DNA from: Tricharina praecox
Lineage: Eukaryota
Direction: 5' to 3'
DNA: 64,000 nt
Assembly (NCBI RefSeq): GCF_024521635.1
Contig: NW_026250409.1
Location: 1,178,001-1,242,000 of the forward strand
The first letter of the stretch is position 1; the number at the start of each line of letters is the position of its first letter. This document shows, one piece after another, positions 1-13,600 of this stretch. Below the pieces are notes generated by a model, which was not told the DNA's origin, did no database searches, and saw only the letters and a program-made list of their open reading frames with translations. A program made the translations under genes and the position numbers.

Positions 1-3000
1 AGCGGAAGCGGGGGGCACGGGGGGAGGATCAATGATTTGTTTGGATGAAACGTGGAGTCTTGGATTCAGGATTCAGGATGCACGCGACCACCGGCCAGAA
101 AGCCTTGGAATGCTCCCAGGGTTTTCAGCAGCTACATAGATATCGCAGTTCAGACAAACAGACAGTTCTTCCAACAGTAAACTGCGTGGTCTGCTCGGTT
201 GTTATTTTCTTTGTGGGACGGGGGAGAGGGGGATGGGGGGCATTTACATAAACCAACAGTCCCCCAGCTGCTTCTTGGCGGATGCGCTGAGGCTGTTGAA
301 TGGTAGTTAGCTATGAGGTCTGTATATTAATGGCGGGCAGGTCACAGAACGAAGGGACTGCGCCATCCATATGGTATGGTCGCTTCCACTGCCGCTGCCG
401 GCCTCTGGACTCATGTATGTAATTACCTACAATGTGGAGCCACCTATGTACCGTAGATTAGCTGTTGGATTCCAGCGGAATAGCCGTCAACCCGCACTCC
501 AACCGTCGAACGGGCCGGTTGACGTTGTTGTTGTTGTTGTTGTTATTGTTGTTGTTGTTGGGGACACTGTGTCATTCATTCCTCACCCTGACTCCGCCGC
601 CGCCGCTCACCCACTGACTTGGAGCCGTACATACATTGTATTTACTTATGTAGAGTACATAACACTATATCTGTAACCACCGACACCCGCCCCACCCCAC
701 CCCATCCATGTCTGGGCTTAATATCCCAATCGAGCACACTATTTCTCACTGATCCCGGTGCATATCCTTTCGCGGTGAAGTGGTCATTCCGCACTCGCAG
801 GCGGAAGCAACCACAGCTACCATACCTGCTCTAACCTACCCGGCCGCCCCCATCCTCCCTTTGTTTCGGCAGCAATCCTGGATGAAGCCGTAGTATTTTC
901 ACAGCTGCGGCTGTTGGTGGAATCCTCGTTGCTAGAGTACATACCATGATCGAGTGTCGCGATCGCGATTAACCTCTGACATCTGGTACATATACCCATA
1001 GTAGGTAGAACACCCAGCCTAAGTACCGTATGTAGCCCGCTATATGTGCTTCTGATCAAAGGATCGATGTCCGCAGTCTGCCGTACCGCAAACGTTCGAC
1101 CGTTGACATCTCGCATACGAACACTCAGCACCGGGATAGAGTAGAGCAGAGTACAGTATCTACACTGCGAAAGCCCACCTGCACCCAGCAGTAACTGACC
1201 GTCCCATGTGACGGCCCCGTCCCATCTGCGGTCCACCAGCCAGCTCGCATCGTCGCAGGCCAGGGCAGGGAGCAAAAACCCCACGCTTCGGTTCAGGACA
1301 TATGTCCGTCCATCCATCACCCATCGCAGGAGACCGTCGGTAGGAAGTAGTTGAGGCTTCATGCTTGCTTTTTTGCCGTCGGGCTGATATCCATGGTCCA
1401 TGGGTGCACAGTAACAGTGCGGGTACTCTACCGTGTGCGATGATTGATCTCAGCCCCCCTCTTTCCATCCCATCCCATCCCATCCCTGGGCGTAAAACGC
1501 ATCGGATGGATCATGGAGTGGGAGGGATGAGTGGGATAGATACCGTAAGCCATGATGACTTTGCCACCAGGTTCATGACGGCTTCTGTCCTGTCCAGTCC
1601 GCATCGCTGGTATCAGGTATCGATGCGGCCGTGCCCACTGCTCACTGCCCACGCTTCTGGTCTAGTGAGATGTACATAACGGCCCACTATCCTATCTGAC
1701 GGCCACCGGCGGGGAAGGAGCAGAATGGACAAGTATATGAGACCATCGACCGCAAACGGCCGTACATATCATACAATATAAGTGGTACAGGCGAGTGACA
1801 ATATCGAGTCCAAACCTTAACTTCTTCATCCTCGTCGTCCTCGTCGTCGGACCCGAGTTTGTCCGTCCGTGGGATAGTTACTCTAACTACAGACTTGGCC
1901 GTGTATAAGGCTGGAGCTATGCATATACTCTACCTAGTACTGCGCTGCTAGAGCCGTCCGGAGTTGCACGTCGAAACCTCGCTCCCTGAGCCCTCCCTCA
2001 AATCTTTGTGCATACCGCCACCACCACCGCCTCCACCACCTCGACAACCACACACACACCTTCCAGCCGGACGCCCTCCCCACACCCACAGACGCACACC
2101 CTCTGCCCCTCCCCGCGCGAGAATCTGCGAGACTCTGCGAGAGTGCGAGAATCTGCCGAATATTCACTTGGCAGTCGCCCCGACCGGCGACCGGTGACGT
2201 TTTCGGCGGCCGCGGGCAGGCAGGACTAGGTGCTCTACTCTACCGCACGTCTGTCTGTCTGTAGAGTACGTAGCGTGGAAAGCGTCGCATAGGTAGCGTA
2301 GCGTCGTGTGGAGTGGAGTGGAGCATGTTGAAGTTGCCGCAGTCAGCGCTGGTAGTTATGTCTGATATGCACGGTATGATATGTATGTCTGTACTGCACC
2401 AACATAGCGGGCCGGTTTGGAATCTTCCCTCTCTTCGCTCTTCGCTCTTACCTCTTACCTCTTACCTCTTCCCTCGCGCCCCATCCCCCATTCCCACTCC
2501 CTCCCACTCCCCATTCTCTCATAAACTGGTGCAGCACAGCAGAGTAGATCTTCCGAATTACCTCCCCCCACACACACAGAGTTCCCCCAACAGAGTTACC
2601 CCCTCAAAGAGGATTGCGCCAATCCACGTCTGCCGTGCCCCACCATTGCACCACCACCACCACCACCACCACCACCACCACCACTTCGACGCACTGAGAC
2701 TGGGAAACCGAGCAACTGAGCACACTTATAGAGTAATTCCCACCACCACCCACCACCCACCACCAACCCGGCTGATCCTTCCCTCCCTTCCCTCCCTCCC
2801 TCCCTCCCGCGTATTTGCTTTGCCTGACTCTGCTTAACTTTGGCTTTGCTTAACTTTGCTTTTGGTTTTTGCGGGGGGCGGGGCCGGGGGGCGGGGCGGG
2901 GGTATGCGAGGAATGTGAACGGGATGGGATGGGATGGGATGGGATGGGATGGACATATGGGAGTGGGAATGGATGGGAATGGGGGTCCAAGCGTATGCGT

Positions 3001-5211
3001 ATGCGGTATGCATGTGTGTGGAGGAGAGAGGAGAGAGAGCAGCAGAGCAGAGGAGAGGAGAGCATAGAAGAGCATGGCATAGAAGAGTAAGCGCCGTCAG
3101 CGCCGGCGTGCGTCTCACCGCTCAAGTACTCACCGCGAGCTGTTACTGTCGCTGTTATCCCTCGTATGCACAGAGCAGTGGAAAAATTGATGCTTTGATT
3201 GACTGATTGATCCGAAATACCTATACACAGTATTGTCTTCCCCCCACAACCCAACCCCCCCTCCCCTTCGCTTCACCCTGAAGAATCGAGAACCAAGTCC
3301 TGCCCGCAAGCAAGCAACGCAACACAAATCCAGCGCCGCAAATCCAGCCAGCAAGAAAATAAAATAGTATCAAGATTCGAAACAACACAACACAACAAAC
3401 TGCGCAAACCCGCTCAAAAGCTCAAAACAGAAGAAGTAGTGGTCAACGATAAAAAAACAAAACAGTAGATAAAAGAAGAAGAAAAAAAACATCTTGGAAA
3501 ATCCAGTCCCAGTCCAGTCCGATCCAGTCCAGTCCAGTCCAGTCCAGTCGCCATAGTTACCATGCTACCATGCGCACCCCCCGCCCCCGCCCTGCCCCCC
3601 GCTCTTCGCCTTTGATGCACCAAAAACCTCGCACAACCCAACCCAAACCAAACCAAAAACCTCATACAAAACACGAAACCATACAAAACAAAACCATACA
3701 CAAAACAAAACTTTAAAAAACACCGCTTGATGAGAGGGGGGGAGGGGAAAGAAACAACGCCGAGTTCATTTATTTCGCAGACACGAAAAAACGGAAAAGC
3801 AATCCAGCAAATCCAGCAAATCCAGCAAGCAGACAAGCACGCACGCAGACAAACAAAGTCCAAGTCCAACCAAGAAAGTAAAATACCTATAACGTATCCG
3901 AATCCCGCAGCATACAGACAAGCAAGTAAAGAGAAGAGTCCCCGGCCCCAGTCCCGAACCAACCAGCCGAACCCCCCCCCCCCCCCCCCGAGAAAAACAA
4001 CCAAATTCCCAAAAACAGAACGCAGAACGCAGAACGCAGAACGCAGACCCAGTGACACCTAAAGAGCAGGACAGAATAGAATAGAATAGAAAACAGAATA
4101 GAAATCCAGCGACCCCAGCATGGGGACATACGCATACGCATACAAGTGACAGATAGACTGACAGCGGCCAAGAAGATACCTAGACAAAGGAGACCCAGCA
4201 ACCCCCCCCCGCGCCCTCCAAGGCGGATGAACTTCATCATCGCTCAAACCCAACCAACCCAACCCAACCCAACCCGATAAGATAGACATGTACGATGTAC
4301 ATACATATCGGGTGCTAATAGTGATGGATGGATGGATGGATGGAGCGAAGAAAATTAGTTTGTGGTTGTGGTTGTTGTGGATGTGGTTGTGGTTGTGGTT
4401 GTGGTTGTGGTTGTGGATGTGGTTGGATTGGGTGTGTCGTGTCCGCCGCAGACCGGTGCAGGTACTGTACATCTTCCCCTTCCCGTCCGTCTTCTCCAAC
4501 CGGAAAGTTTTCTTCAGCTTTTTTTTCTTTCCAAAGGCAAAAAAAAAAGAAAAAGGAAGAAAAAAAAAGAAAAAGGAAGAAAAAAAAGAAAAGATGAGAA
4601 AAAAAGAAAAGAAAAAAAAACAAGCGCGTGCGTGCGCGACGGACAAGTTCGACGGCCCCAATATAAAGTTAAATCCTGCCCCCAATCAATCGGCTAAAAC
4701 CAACCCCAACCAAGCAGCAAATTGACATCCCGCCAAAAGAAAAAGAAAGAAAAAAACAAATAACTGAAAAGAAAAAAATGTGGAGGGAAGCATGTAGATC
4801 GATCGCATGAAGGGAGTAAGCGACACCAGCAAGCAGCAGGCAGGCAGGCAAGCAGCGCAGCGAGCCGGTAGATCCAGAAACAAAAAAAAATGCGGGAATG
4901 AAGGTGAAAAGAAAAAACAGCGGTAAGTAAAAAAGAAAACTCCAAACAATGTTTGAACAGATGGACGCAGACAACACCAGGTATAAACTCTCCAAAATGC
5001 GCAGCAAAATGAAATCCAGAAAATAAAAAGAAAAGAAAAGAAAAAAAGTAGCAGACAATCCCGGAAAGAGGACTCAGAAACCAGCAAACAATGACCCCAA
5101 ATCGACCAAGTGCAAACTCCGCTGCGGTTAAAACGGTGAAAACCGTCCGTGATGAGCTTTCCCCCCGCTCCCAAGCCTGTTGTTCTCCGAGAAATATGAC
5201 CCGCACAGGCA

Positions 5212-6416
5212 TCAGTGCTGGAACTTGCGATTTAGGTGGTACTTTGCGATGTGCGTGTGCATATTCATGGGATCATCGTATATCATTCCTAAGCCCGGCT
5301 GCCCCATCTCGTTCCCAGGTCGCAAAGGTGGGAGTTGCTGTTGCTGTTCGTACGGGGATCCCACCGATCCATCATCATCCTCATCCATATGCGAGCCGTC
5401 GCCATTGAAGCCGTAACTGGGATCGCCGTTCGAATGGCTTGACCCGTTCGGCGAAGTTATCGGCATGTCTTGGGCAGAGTGTTTCCCGACGGATCCGTCT
5501 GCAGCCTGCACCTTCTTGGAGCCCAACTGAATCTTGCGGTCCTTGCCGCGTCCCTTGATGCCCCGATTCGAGTTCTTGTATAGCTCGGCAAAGTATTCGA
5601 AGAGTTCGCGGTCCGCCTGGGAAATTTCGTCCGGATTACGGAGAGCAGCGAATCTCTCGGTCAATTGTCGCAGGGCCGAGGAGTGGAATTTGTTCTGATG
5701 GGACTATGGACACCAGGAAGGGAACGGTTAGCGACGACGATCCGGCAACGATGTGTGCCGAAAGTACCTTAAGATTTCCCAATTGAGTGAACTGTTTGAG
5801 GCAGTTGTCCAGCTTGCAGGTGAAAGGCTTCGCGCCATCGTGGACAATCTTGTGTGCCCGAACGTTCCCTCGCTGGGCAAACTTCTTGCCGCAATAATCA
5901 CACGAATAAGGCTTCTCGCCTGTGTGTCTTCGCTCGTGGGTCTATTCCAAGCAGTCAATATATAGTCGTTGGGACTCGAATTGTCTGATGAGCCGGTGAG
6001 ATGGCCCACTGGAGGAAACTGCGTCGACTGACCTTAAGATTGCCTAGCTGCGAGAATCTCTGACCACAACCAACTTCACTGCATTCCTAAGAGCGAGAAG
6101 CCAAATCAGTACCGCCCAACCATTTGTTGTCTCAAGGGGAAGACGAACAAAAGGTTTATCTCCGGTATGAGCTCGCGAGTGGATGTCGAGATGAGTCTTC
6201 TGGAAAAAGCTCTTTCCACATCCCACTACGCTGCACTCGTATCTCTTCTTTTGCTTCGGTGATTTCTTCTCATCCCTTTTCCCTTCTTGAGGGCTCCCTG
6301 CCTCACTCCTCGTCAACATCTTGTTCACGTTTGTACAAGGTATCTGGTGAATTTCGGGGGTCGAACAGACTCGCTGTTGTGGTGGCGGTGGTGGTGGGGG
6401 AGGCTGTTGAGGTAAC

Positions 6417-6457
<41 letters not shown>

Positions 6458-7618
6458 TTGTTGTAGCTGTTGCTGCTGCTGTTGCTGCTGCTGTTGCGGT
6501 AGCGGTTGCGGTTGCTGTGGTGGCCACCCGTTGTGAAAGCCACCAGTGAACCCATTTCGTTCTGTGGCGAACCCGGATTCGGTCTTGATCGGTGCTCGGT
6601 GCTGTGGGTATACCGGAGACGGTGATTTCTCGTCCTTCTTTGGCTGCCGAGACTGAATGGCCTTCATCAAGTTGTCCACATCCGTCTGGAAGTCCACCTC
6701 CCTGTCCGGGCTTTGGATCTTCGACTTCCCCACCAGATGAGTGATCGAATCCGGTTTCTGCACCGGCTTTACGGGTTGAAGGGAAAGCAGTTGCTCTGGT
6801 GATGGTTCCTGTTGCTGACGGTGATTCTGCTGACCCTGTGATGACTGACGTTGCTGCTGTTGAAGCTGCTGCTGGTGCTGTTGAAGCTGCTGCTGCTGCT
6901 GTTGCTGGTGCTGCTGCTGCTGTCGTTGCGGCTGTTGATGCACTTGATGCTGTGGGTTTTGCTGCTGCTGCTGCTTCAGCTGGAGTTGTTGCTTCTGGAG
7001 CTGCGGCTGCTGCAGTTGCTGTTGCGGTGGCACTGGCTGTGGATGACCTTGACCTCGGTGTGCCTGAGCTTGCTGTGGTGTCTGCTGGGGAACGTGCTGT
7101 TGAGCAGGCTGCTGGAGCCCGTGGTGATGAGGCCGCTGTGGAGGAATCTGGGATTGTTGTGGGGCCGGATGGTAGGTGTAGGCGGGAGCCTGTGTTGGGA
7201 CTGTCGGTTTCGGGTTCGACACCCTCATGTTGGCCGCACTTCTTCCCAGCTGTCCCGGATCTCGGGGAATTGATTGTGCCGAAATCCCACGGGCTGCCAG
7301 GGCCTGTGGGGACTGCTGGAGCGACTGTTGATGAGCGCCGTGATGGTGAGAGTGCTGCTGCTGCTGCGACGGAGGAAAGCTTGCTGGTCCATATCCCGGT
7401 GTTGCGTGACCAACCACCTGATATGGCTGAACTTGCGACCCGAACCCATATTGGCCGCCTCCGTACGGGTTGAAGTTACCCATCTGGTCTCCCATGTGGT
7501 CGGATACATAGGACTGCCCTTCCATGGGCATCTGCGGAGCCATGACGCCTCCTCGAGGAGCTGCTGATGAGGACGAGGCCGAGTGATCGTTGCGATAGAC
7601 AAGCCCAGAGATATCCAT
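5212..7618 (-). CDS. AZF1: AZF1-like C2H2 zinc-finger transcription factor with a long Q-rich N-terminus (4 fingers). Exons 7618-6149, 6086-6033, 5941-5768, 5703-5212
   Basis: Spliced translation gives [83 protein letters not shown]...[24 protein letters not shown]...[25 protein letters not shown], the Azf1-family signature. The GT..AG introns keep frame. First in-frame ATG is at 7618. Confidence 0.9.
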
Positions 7619-10600
7619 GACACCAGTGGCAGCAGACGTATTCTCACGATGATGCCACGCAGAAGCCGGTGTTGAAGCTGCCACTAGCGTTACTACTGTT
7701 ACCACTGATACCGCCAGAGTTGCTGTTGAGTGGTTGGCCGGAATATGTGTGTTTTTTGCGTAGACGGGAGTGTTTTGCTTCTGCTGGGAGGGGAGGGGGG
7801 TGGGAGTAGGGGGGGTGTGGTGGTGGGCTGCTTGCTTGTTGCTCTGCTTGGGATGGAGATCCAAGAAGGTGAATCAAGGTTGTCCTGGTCCTGTGTGGTT
7901 GAATGGAGGGGCGGGCTTAGATGTAATAAGCAAACTGCTGCCGTGAAACTGCTGGCGCCTCGCCGGGAATGCAGTTTTCGGTAGAAGGTGGTGCTGGTTC
8001 TGCTTCTTCAGAAAGGTCCAGTAAATCGGGTTCCTGTATGTATGTTTCGGTCCGCCGCCGGCCGGAGGTATTTGACACACACGGCCGCGTCTGTTGAAGC
8101 TGGTGTTCCCAACTTATGTATTATCGAGCAATAACAGGTCTCGTCTAACGGATCCCCCACACCCAATGCTAGGGCTAGTTAATGGGGATGCGCCTTTGAG
8201 TTTCTCGTGAACTGGGGGGGGGCTGGAGGGACACTAGGTCTCTGGGTGGAGGGCAGCAGTGTGGAGGTGGGTGAGGGACAGAGGAGGCGACTGAGCGGCC
8301 GTGGTCCTGACTTTCTTGGGAGTACCTTGTGCCAGAGCGTTGTATCTAGATACATGGAACGCAATAGGGACTCGGACCGGACTAGAGTAACCAGGTCCCA
8401 GGAGGGCCAGGTGACGAGGCAGCGTTTTTTTTCTTTCTTTTTTTCTTTTCTCCTCCCTCTGTGTCTCTCGGGGCGTGGGAGCAGAGCCCCCTGGTCAAGA
8501 TGAGAAGAAAAAAAATAAACTACGAACCTAACCAGGTCGGCGAATATTGATATCGTAAAAATAATTCCTCAGTTGACGGGCTGGGGAAGATCAACGAGAT
8601 CACTGGGAGGCAGGTACCCCAAGAAGAAGTAGCGGCGGCGGCACCGGCAGCAGCAGATGATGGGGTGACAGTGCGGAAGGCAAGTAGCTGAGGCGGAAGG
8701 AGGAGAAGAAGAAGAAGAAGTGGCCGTCAGGCTGGTAACGTCAGGACCATGCGAGTAAAATGGATGGGGCAGTTCGGCAGGCTTAGGGGGGAGGGGGAGA
8801 TGGTTTGGTACGGGTTGGGACGATGCTCCACTGGGTGGGAGTGTGGATCTTTGCGGGATCGAGAGGGAGGTGAACTATGGGTGGAGGGGGTATAACAGGT
8901 ACGTAGTAGGGGGGCCGTGGTTTGTGCGTGTTGTTTGTTCTCCGACAATCGATATGGACGCGCCTCCGCTGTGAGGGCCGAGTGCAAGATCAGCGTCAGT
9001 CACCGTTTTTTTTGGTGGTGGTGGTGGAGGAGGAGGAGAGAAAGGTGGGAGGTCCCAACCGAACAAAATTCTGGGGAGATGGGTAGGGACTCGGACTCGG
9101 ACCCAAGTTCATTCGGTACTTAGGCGGAGAACCTAAAGTGGGGGCAGGCAGGCAGACAACAGCAGTAGGTAGATCGATATCAATCCAGACTCTTGATCCT
9201 CCCTCCCGGAGCCTCTCTCAAATGGCAGAACGGCCATCCCTAGATAGGCATCCCTTCTTCCACCTTCACCGACTCCGACTCCTTCTCGTCTTCCTCGCCC
9301 TCGCCCTCGTCCTCGCCCTTCCCTCGCCTTCACCCTCCTCTGCTCCTCCTCGTCGGCATGGGCTCCTACTTATCATCCCCGTCACCTCGAGCCCACCCGA
9401 ACTCGGCTGCCCCGTCCTCGTGCCGATGCCACAGCGCCCCGCCGCCCGCCCGCCTGTCTCCATGTTTCCGTCCATCTTGCAGACTCCATCTGAGCAGGAT
9501 TCCCCCAGGCCCAGCCCGACCAGCGCCTCCGCTCCGAACGTCAAACATGCCGAACAAACGAGACGGATAACCGTTTTTCTGGGCTTCTATCTAATACACT
9601 TTGGTCATCCACACATCCATCGTGGTTGTTTATTTCCGACGGCCTACTGAGATCTTACATCCCCCTCGCGGCCATGTCGATTCCTCGCTAACTGGGAGAC
9701 CTGGAACTAGCTCCAAGAATTGGTGGCCATGCACCGAGGACTAGGTAAGAACAAGGTCTCACTCTCCTGAAATTGAGAGGGAGCTGGCAGGAGCGCCTCT
9801 AGCCTGCTTACGGTAAAGAACCAACACACACACCCACACACCCACGCACACCCACACCGCGCAGCTGGGGCATACGCACCCACACTCATCACCACCACCA
9901 CCATCATCACCACCACACGCTTCCTCTCATGCTGATTCCTCACTCGGCACTTTCCTTGTTGATTTTCGCGCGGATCCAAAGAAAGGCTAGCCCGGGGGAG
10001 AGGGAGACGGGAGAAGGGAGGTCGGCCGGAGAGGTGAGGTGAGAGTGAAAACGAAAGAGAAAAAAAATAGGGAAAGGGACTGGACCGGGCACGCAGAGAG
10101 TCAGACCGCCGCAAAAGTCCCGTTACCGTCGCCCTCCCCCTTCCCCTCCCCCTTCCCCTCAAACAGAACTGCAAGAATAATGGTAGCGGTCCAGTGCCGG
10201 TCCCATGTCGCATGCGAACGAAGCGCGAAGCTCGAGCTGAGAAGCGGAGGGTGCATGGAACAACTCGGCGAGATCAGGCCTAGCGTGATGGCGGTGAAAT
10301 CCTGGTCGGCTCGCCCCCTCCCCGTTGGTCGGTTGTTGTTGGCGCGCGCAGGTCGGGGAGGGGGGGAGGGCGCGCATGGGGTTGGTTTCCAAGACAAATC
10401 ATCGGGACCCAGACGGGGAAAGAAAAGAAGGGAGGCATGGTGCGGCATATCAAGCGAGGCGGAATAAGATCTACGCCGGCATTCTTCTCCATTCCCACCG
10501 CTGCTGGTTGATGGGACCTATGTACCTCCCCTACTTGGTAGCAGCCCACCACTTGACGTAAAGCATGGCGAGCATGGAGAGAGCATGGAGAGTATGGAGA

Positions 10601-13600
10601 GTATGGAGAGCGGCATTCCGCAGCGCAACTCTGGTCCTCGGACACATTGCGTTCCCGACCGAAGAGCCGTGAGCAAATGCGCTGGCCGTCTATGTACCGT
10701 GGCTGTCTTGCTGTCTGGCTATCCCGCTGTCTGGCTATCCTGCTGTCTTGCTGTCTAGCCGACTGCTAGTAGCTGGGGTTTCTGGCCTGGTTTTCCGACC
10801 GGACCGGCATGCGTAGAGTACGGAGAGGGAGAAAGAAAGTTCGTCCTGTCCTGTCCTCACCTATAGGTGGCAGTGAATATAACTCAGGATGTATTGCACA
10901 TACCGCTCAAACCTACCGACCCAAAGCGACGGGTTGAGCAAAGAAGCACAGCAGCAGCAGAAGCAGCATCATATATCTCTAGACGAGCATCGAATTTCTA
11001 CGGCATGTGCAGGCAGATATCCCGGCCGAAATCCCGTCGCAATTATGTAAAGCGTAGCATCGCCCACGGCCACGGCTGGCGCTCCACGGCAGAGCTGGGG
11101 GGCGCCGGGTTGAAGAATTTCGTGGAGGGGTGCTTGGGTAAGAGCAAGTAGCTGAGTAAGTCGATATGTGTGGCCCATGTGTCGTGTGTGCTGTGTGCAA
11201 TGTGTTGTGGGTTACGGGCTGTGGGTCGTGGGTGGTGCTGCTCGCTGCGGAGGGGGGCTGAGTGGTAGTAGGCGAGCGGTGTAACCCGCCAGGGCACTAA
11301 ACCGCTTTTGAGGCTCAGAATAGGGCTTCTGAGAAGCCGACGATCGCTCTCCCGGCATGATGGGGGCACTTCTGCTCTACAGAGCAGCCAAGCAGCACGT
11401 TCTTCGTCGTCTTCACGCACGTTCCCAAATCAGGTTTAGGAATCTGTCTCGCCGACATAGTCTGTGCGACTGGCTCGCTTTGGCCCGTCTGGATGAGGTT
11501 TGGCCGTCCGGCCATGCACCCACAGTCTGCTAACTACATGTTCGCTCGGATTCGGTAAAGCCACTCCCTCCTCCTCCTCGTCCTTCTCCTCCTCGTCCTC
11601 CTCGTGATGTGGCCTCTCAGTGGTGGCCCAGTTCGAAATTAACCGACCGATCCTCCTGGGAACCGGCTGGTCACGGTGGCCGGTCAGCCAGCTGGTGGAA
11701 CTCCATGTACCAAGGTACTCTCGGTACTCTACTCCAGGTACAATGGCGTCAATCCTACAGCAGCAGGAGCATGAGCAGCATGAGCACGAGCAGCAGCACG
11801 AGGGGCAGATGGTTTGCAGGAGTTGGGATCCGGTACCCAGTAGATGCGAAGCAGAATTGGAAACCCCCTATTGTTATGCGGAATCTCAACTGATGTGGTG
11901 CATACATAACCTTCCCTACCGTAGGTATCCCTCCAAGTGCTATCGGCAGCACTCCGTCCTTCCCGTCCTTCGCCCGCTGCATATCGGGAGCGAACTATAG
12001 AGTAAGTAGAAAGATACGATACTTTACTCTACTGTATTTACTCTAGTAACTGACTATTGCTGACCCCTCCCCGTGCCAACCCCCCTTTCGACGACGCCGT
12101 GTAAGCCATCGTGTTCGGAGGTATGTAAACGATAAAAGCCATCCGCTTATTGGTGGTGACATTTCCGCAGGATGCCGTTGGTTCCTTTTTTTCCCTTTTT
12201 TTTCTTTTTCTTTCTCTCTGTCTCTCTCACTAACTATTACCGAGCGCCTGGCACAGGTACAGTTACTCAAGGCTGCTTGCCTGGCTGCTTGCCTACCTGG
12301 ATAACCACAGCCGGACTCTGTGTCCGGCATATCGTGGCATGTTTGGAACTCGAGATGTGTGAAAGCATCGACTTCAACTCGGTGTCAGGTACCTGCTCAC
12401 GTATTTACCTATGTAACTGCGGAATATCCCGGGGTACCCTACACACCGCCGTCCGATTCGCCCTTCACTTCACTTTTCGCCTGCACTGGTTGCACACACG
12501 TGCGCCGTGCGTTCTTGATATACGTGTACCACGACTCCTGGACGGCGACATAGGTTTGCGTTCAATATCTTCTATCTACTCTCTACTGGATGACGATAGA
12601 TAGATATCAATTACCAAGAGTCTCCAGCCACGAGCAGCAGCAGCAGCCTTATCCACTGCGCCTACCCCGAATCCGACGCGAAGAAAATCCCATCCCACAC
12701 CCACACTCACCCCCCACGCCGGCGCGCCGGCCGGGTGCTAGCTGCTGCCTCTGTCTGTGGATCGTTACTCGCGCAAATCCCCGGATACGTACGAGTGGCA
12801 CGGGGAATGGGGGAGGAGACATGGTAATAAGAAACTCAATATCAACATGTGGGTGCCATATCCTCGGTGCGGTGTGCTGCGGCACGGGCATCCCAGCAGC
12901 AGCGAGGCCCATCAGTCAGTCAATCAAGCAGTCAATCAATCAATCAACCATTCAATCAAAAAAAAAAGTCAACGCCGTCGGCGGTCCAGTCATCCAGTCA
13001 TCCAGGGCCATCTCGAAATCTTTCCTCCTATGGGGCCCTCTCTCTCTCTCTCGTGCTCCCTCCCTCCCTCTCTCCCTCCCCGCAAACTCACTTCCGGCGT
13101 GGGCGGGCGGGGGGCGGGCGAACCATGCGAACCAACATACATATGGATGGATGCCATACATACGACCACAAACTTTGTTATCCTATCCAGCCAACCATCC
13201 AGCCAACCATCCAGGTAACAGCGCAGATTACAGATGGCCATGGTTAGATCTCCAAAGTCCGCGCGGGCCGCCCGTTATATCATACTCTAAATAGAATCCA
13301 TTTGTTGTTTTTTTTCCCTCGTTTTTTTTTCTCTTCTCTTCCAAACAGAAACGGGGGCCGAATTGAGGGAAGGGATGGGGAGGGGAGGGGAGGGAATATG
13401 TAATGTAATGCCATGTAGAAGCACGCAGGCAGGCAGGCAAGAGCAGGCGAGAAGTTGGGGCTGAAATTGGAGCTGGTTTCTAATGCAGCCGGTGGCCGGC
13501 GGCCGCTTATGGGGTCCTTCCTCCGCCATACCGACATCCAGCGATACGGCACCATCTTGCTGCCGCTGCTAACTAATACTTCTTCCTTCCCCACTCCCCA

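Noticed and set aside
3145..3170. GTTATCCCT complementary to the LSU rRNA AGGGATAAC (snR38-like guide or rRNA fragment)
   Set aside because: Only a 9-nt match, with no adjacent CTGA D box and no extended rRNA similarity.
3414..5212. Long Phe/Lys-rich ORFs downstream of AZF1 (similarly at 21852-22340 and 54674-55263)
   Set aside because: They are translations of A/T-run-rich 3' UTR sequence.
6124..7473. Plus-strand poly-Ala/Val/Leu ORFs overlapping AZF1 (and similar antisense ORFs over other genes)
   Set aside because: They are shadows of CAG/CAA repeats and of codon bias on the coding strand.
9138..9650. 170-aa ORF with a signal-peptide-like LLLVFLALALVLA stretch
   Set aside because: The hydrophobic run derives from a (CTCGCC)n microsatellite in the AZF1 upstream region, and no domain is recognisable.
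13138..13200. ACATACGACCA resembling the 5' end of fungal 5S rRNA
   Set aside because: Similarity stops after about 11 nt, and there are no internal 5S boxes.
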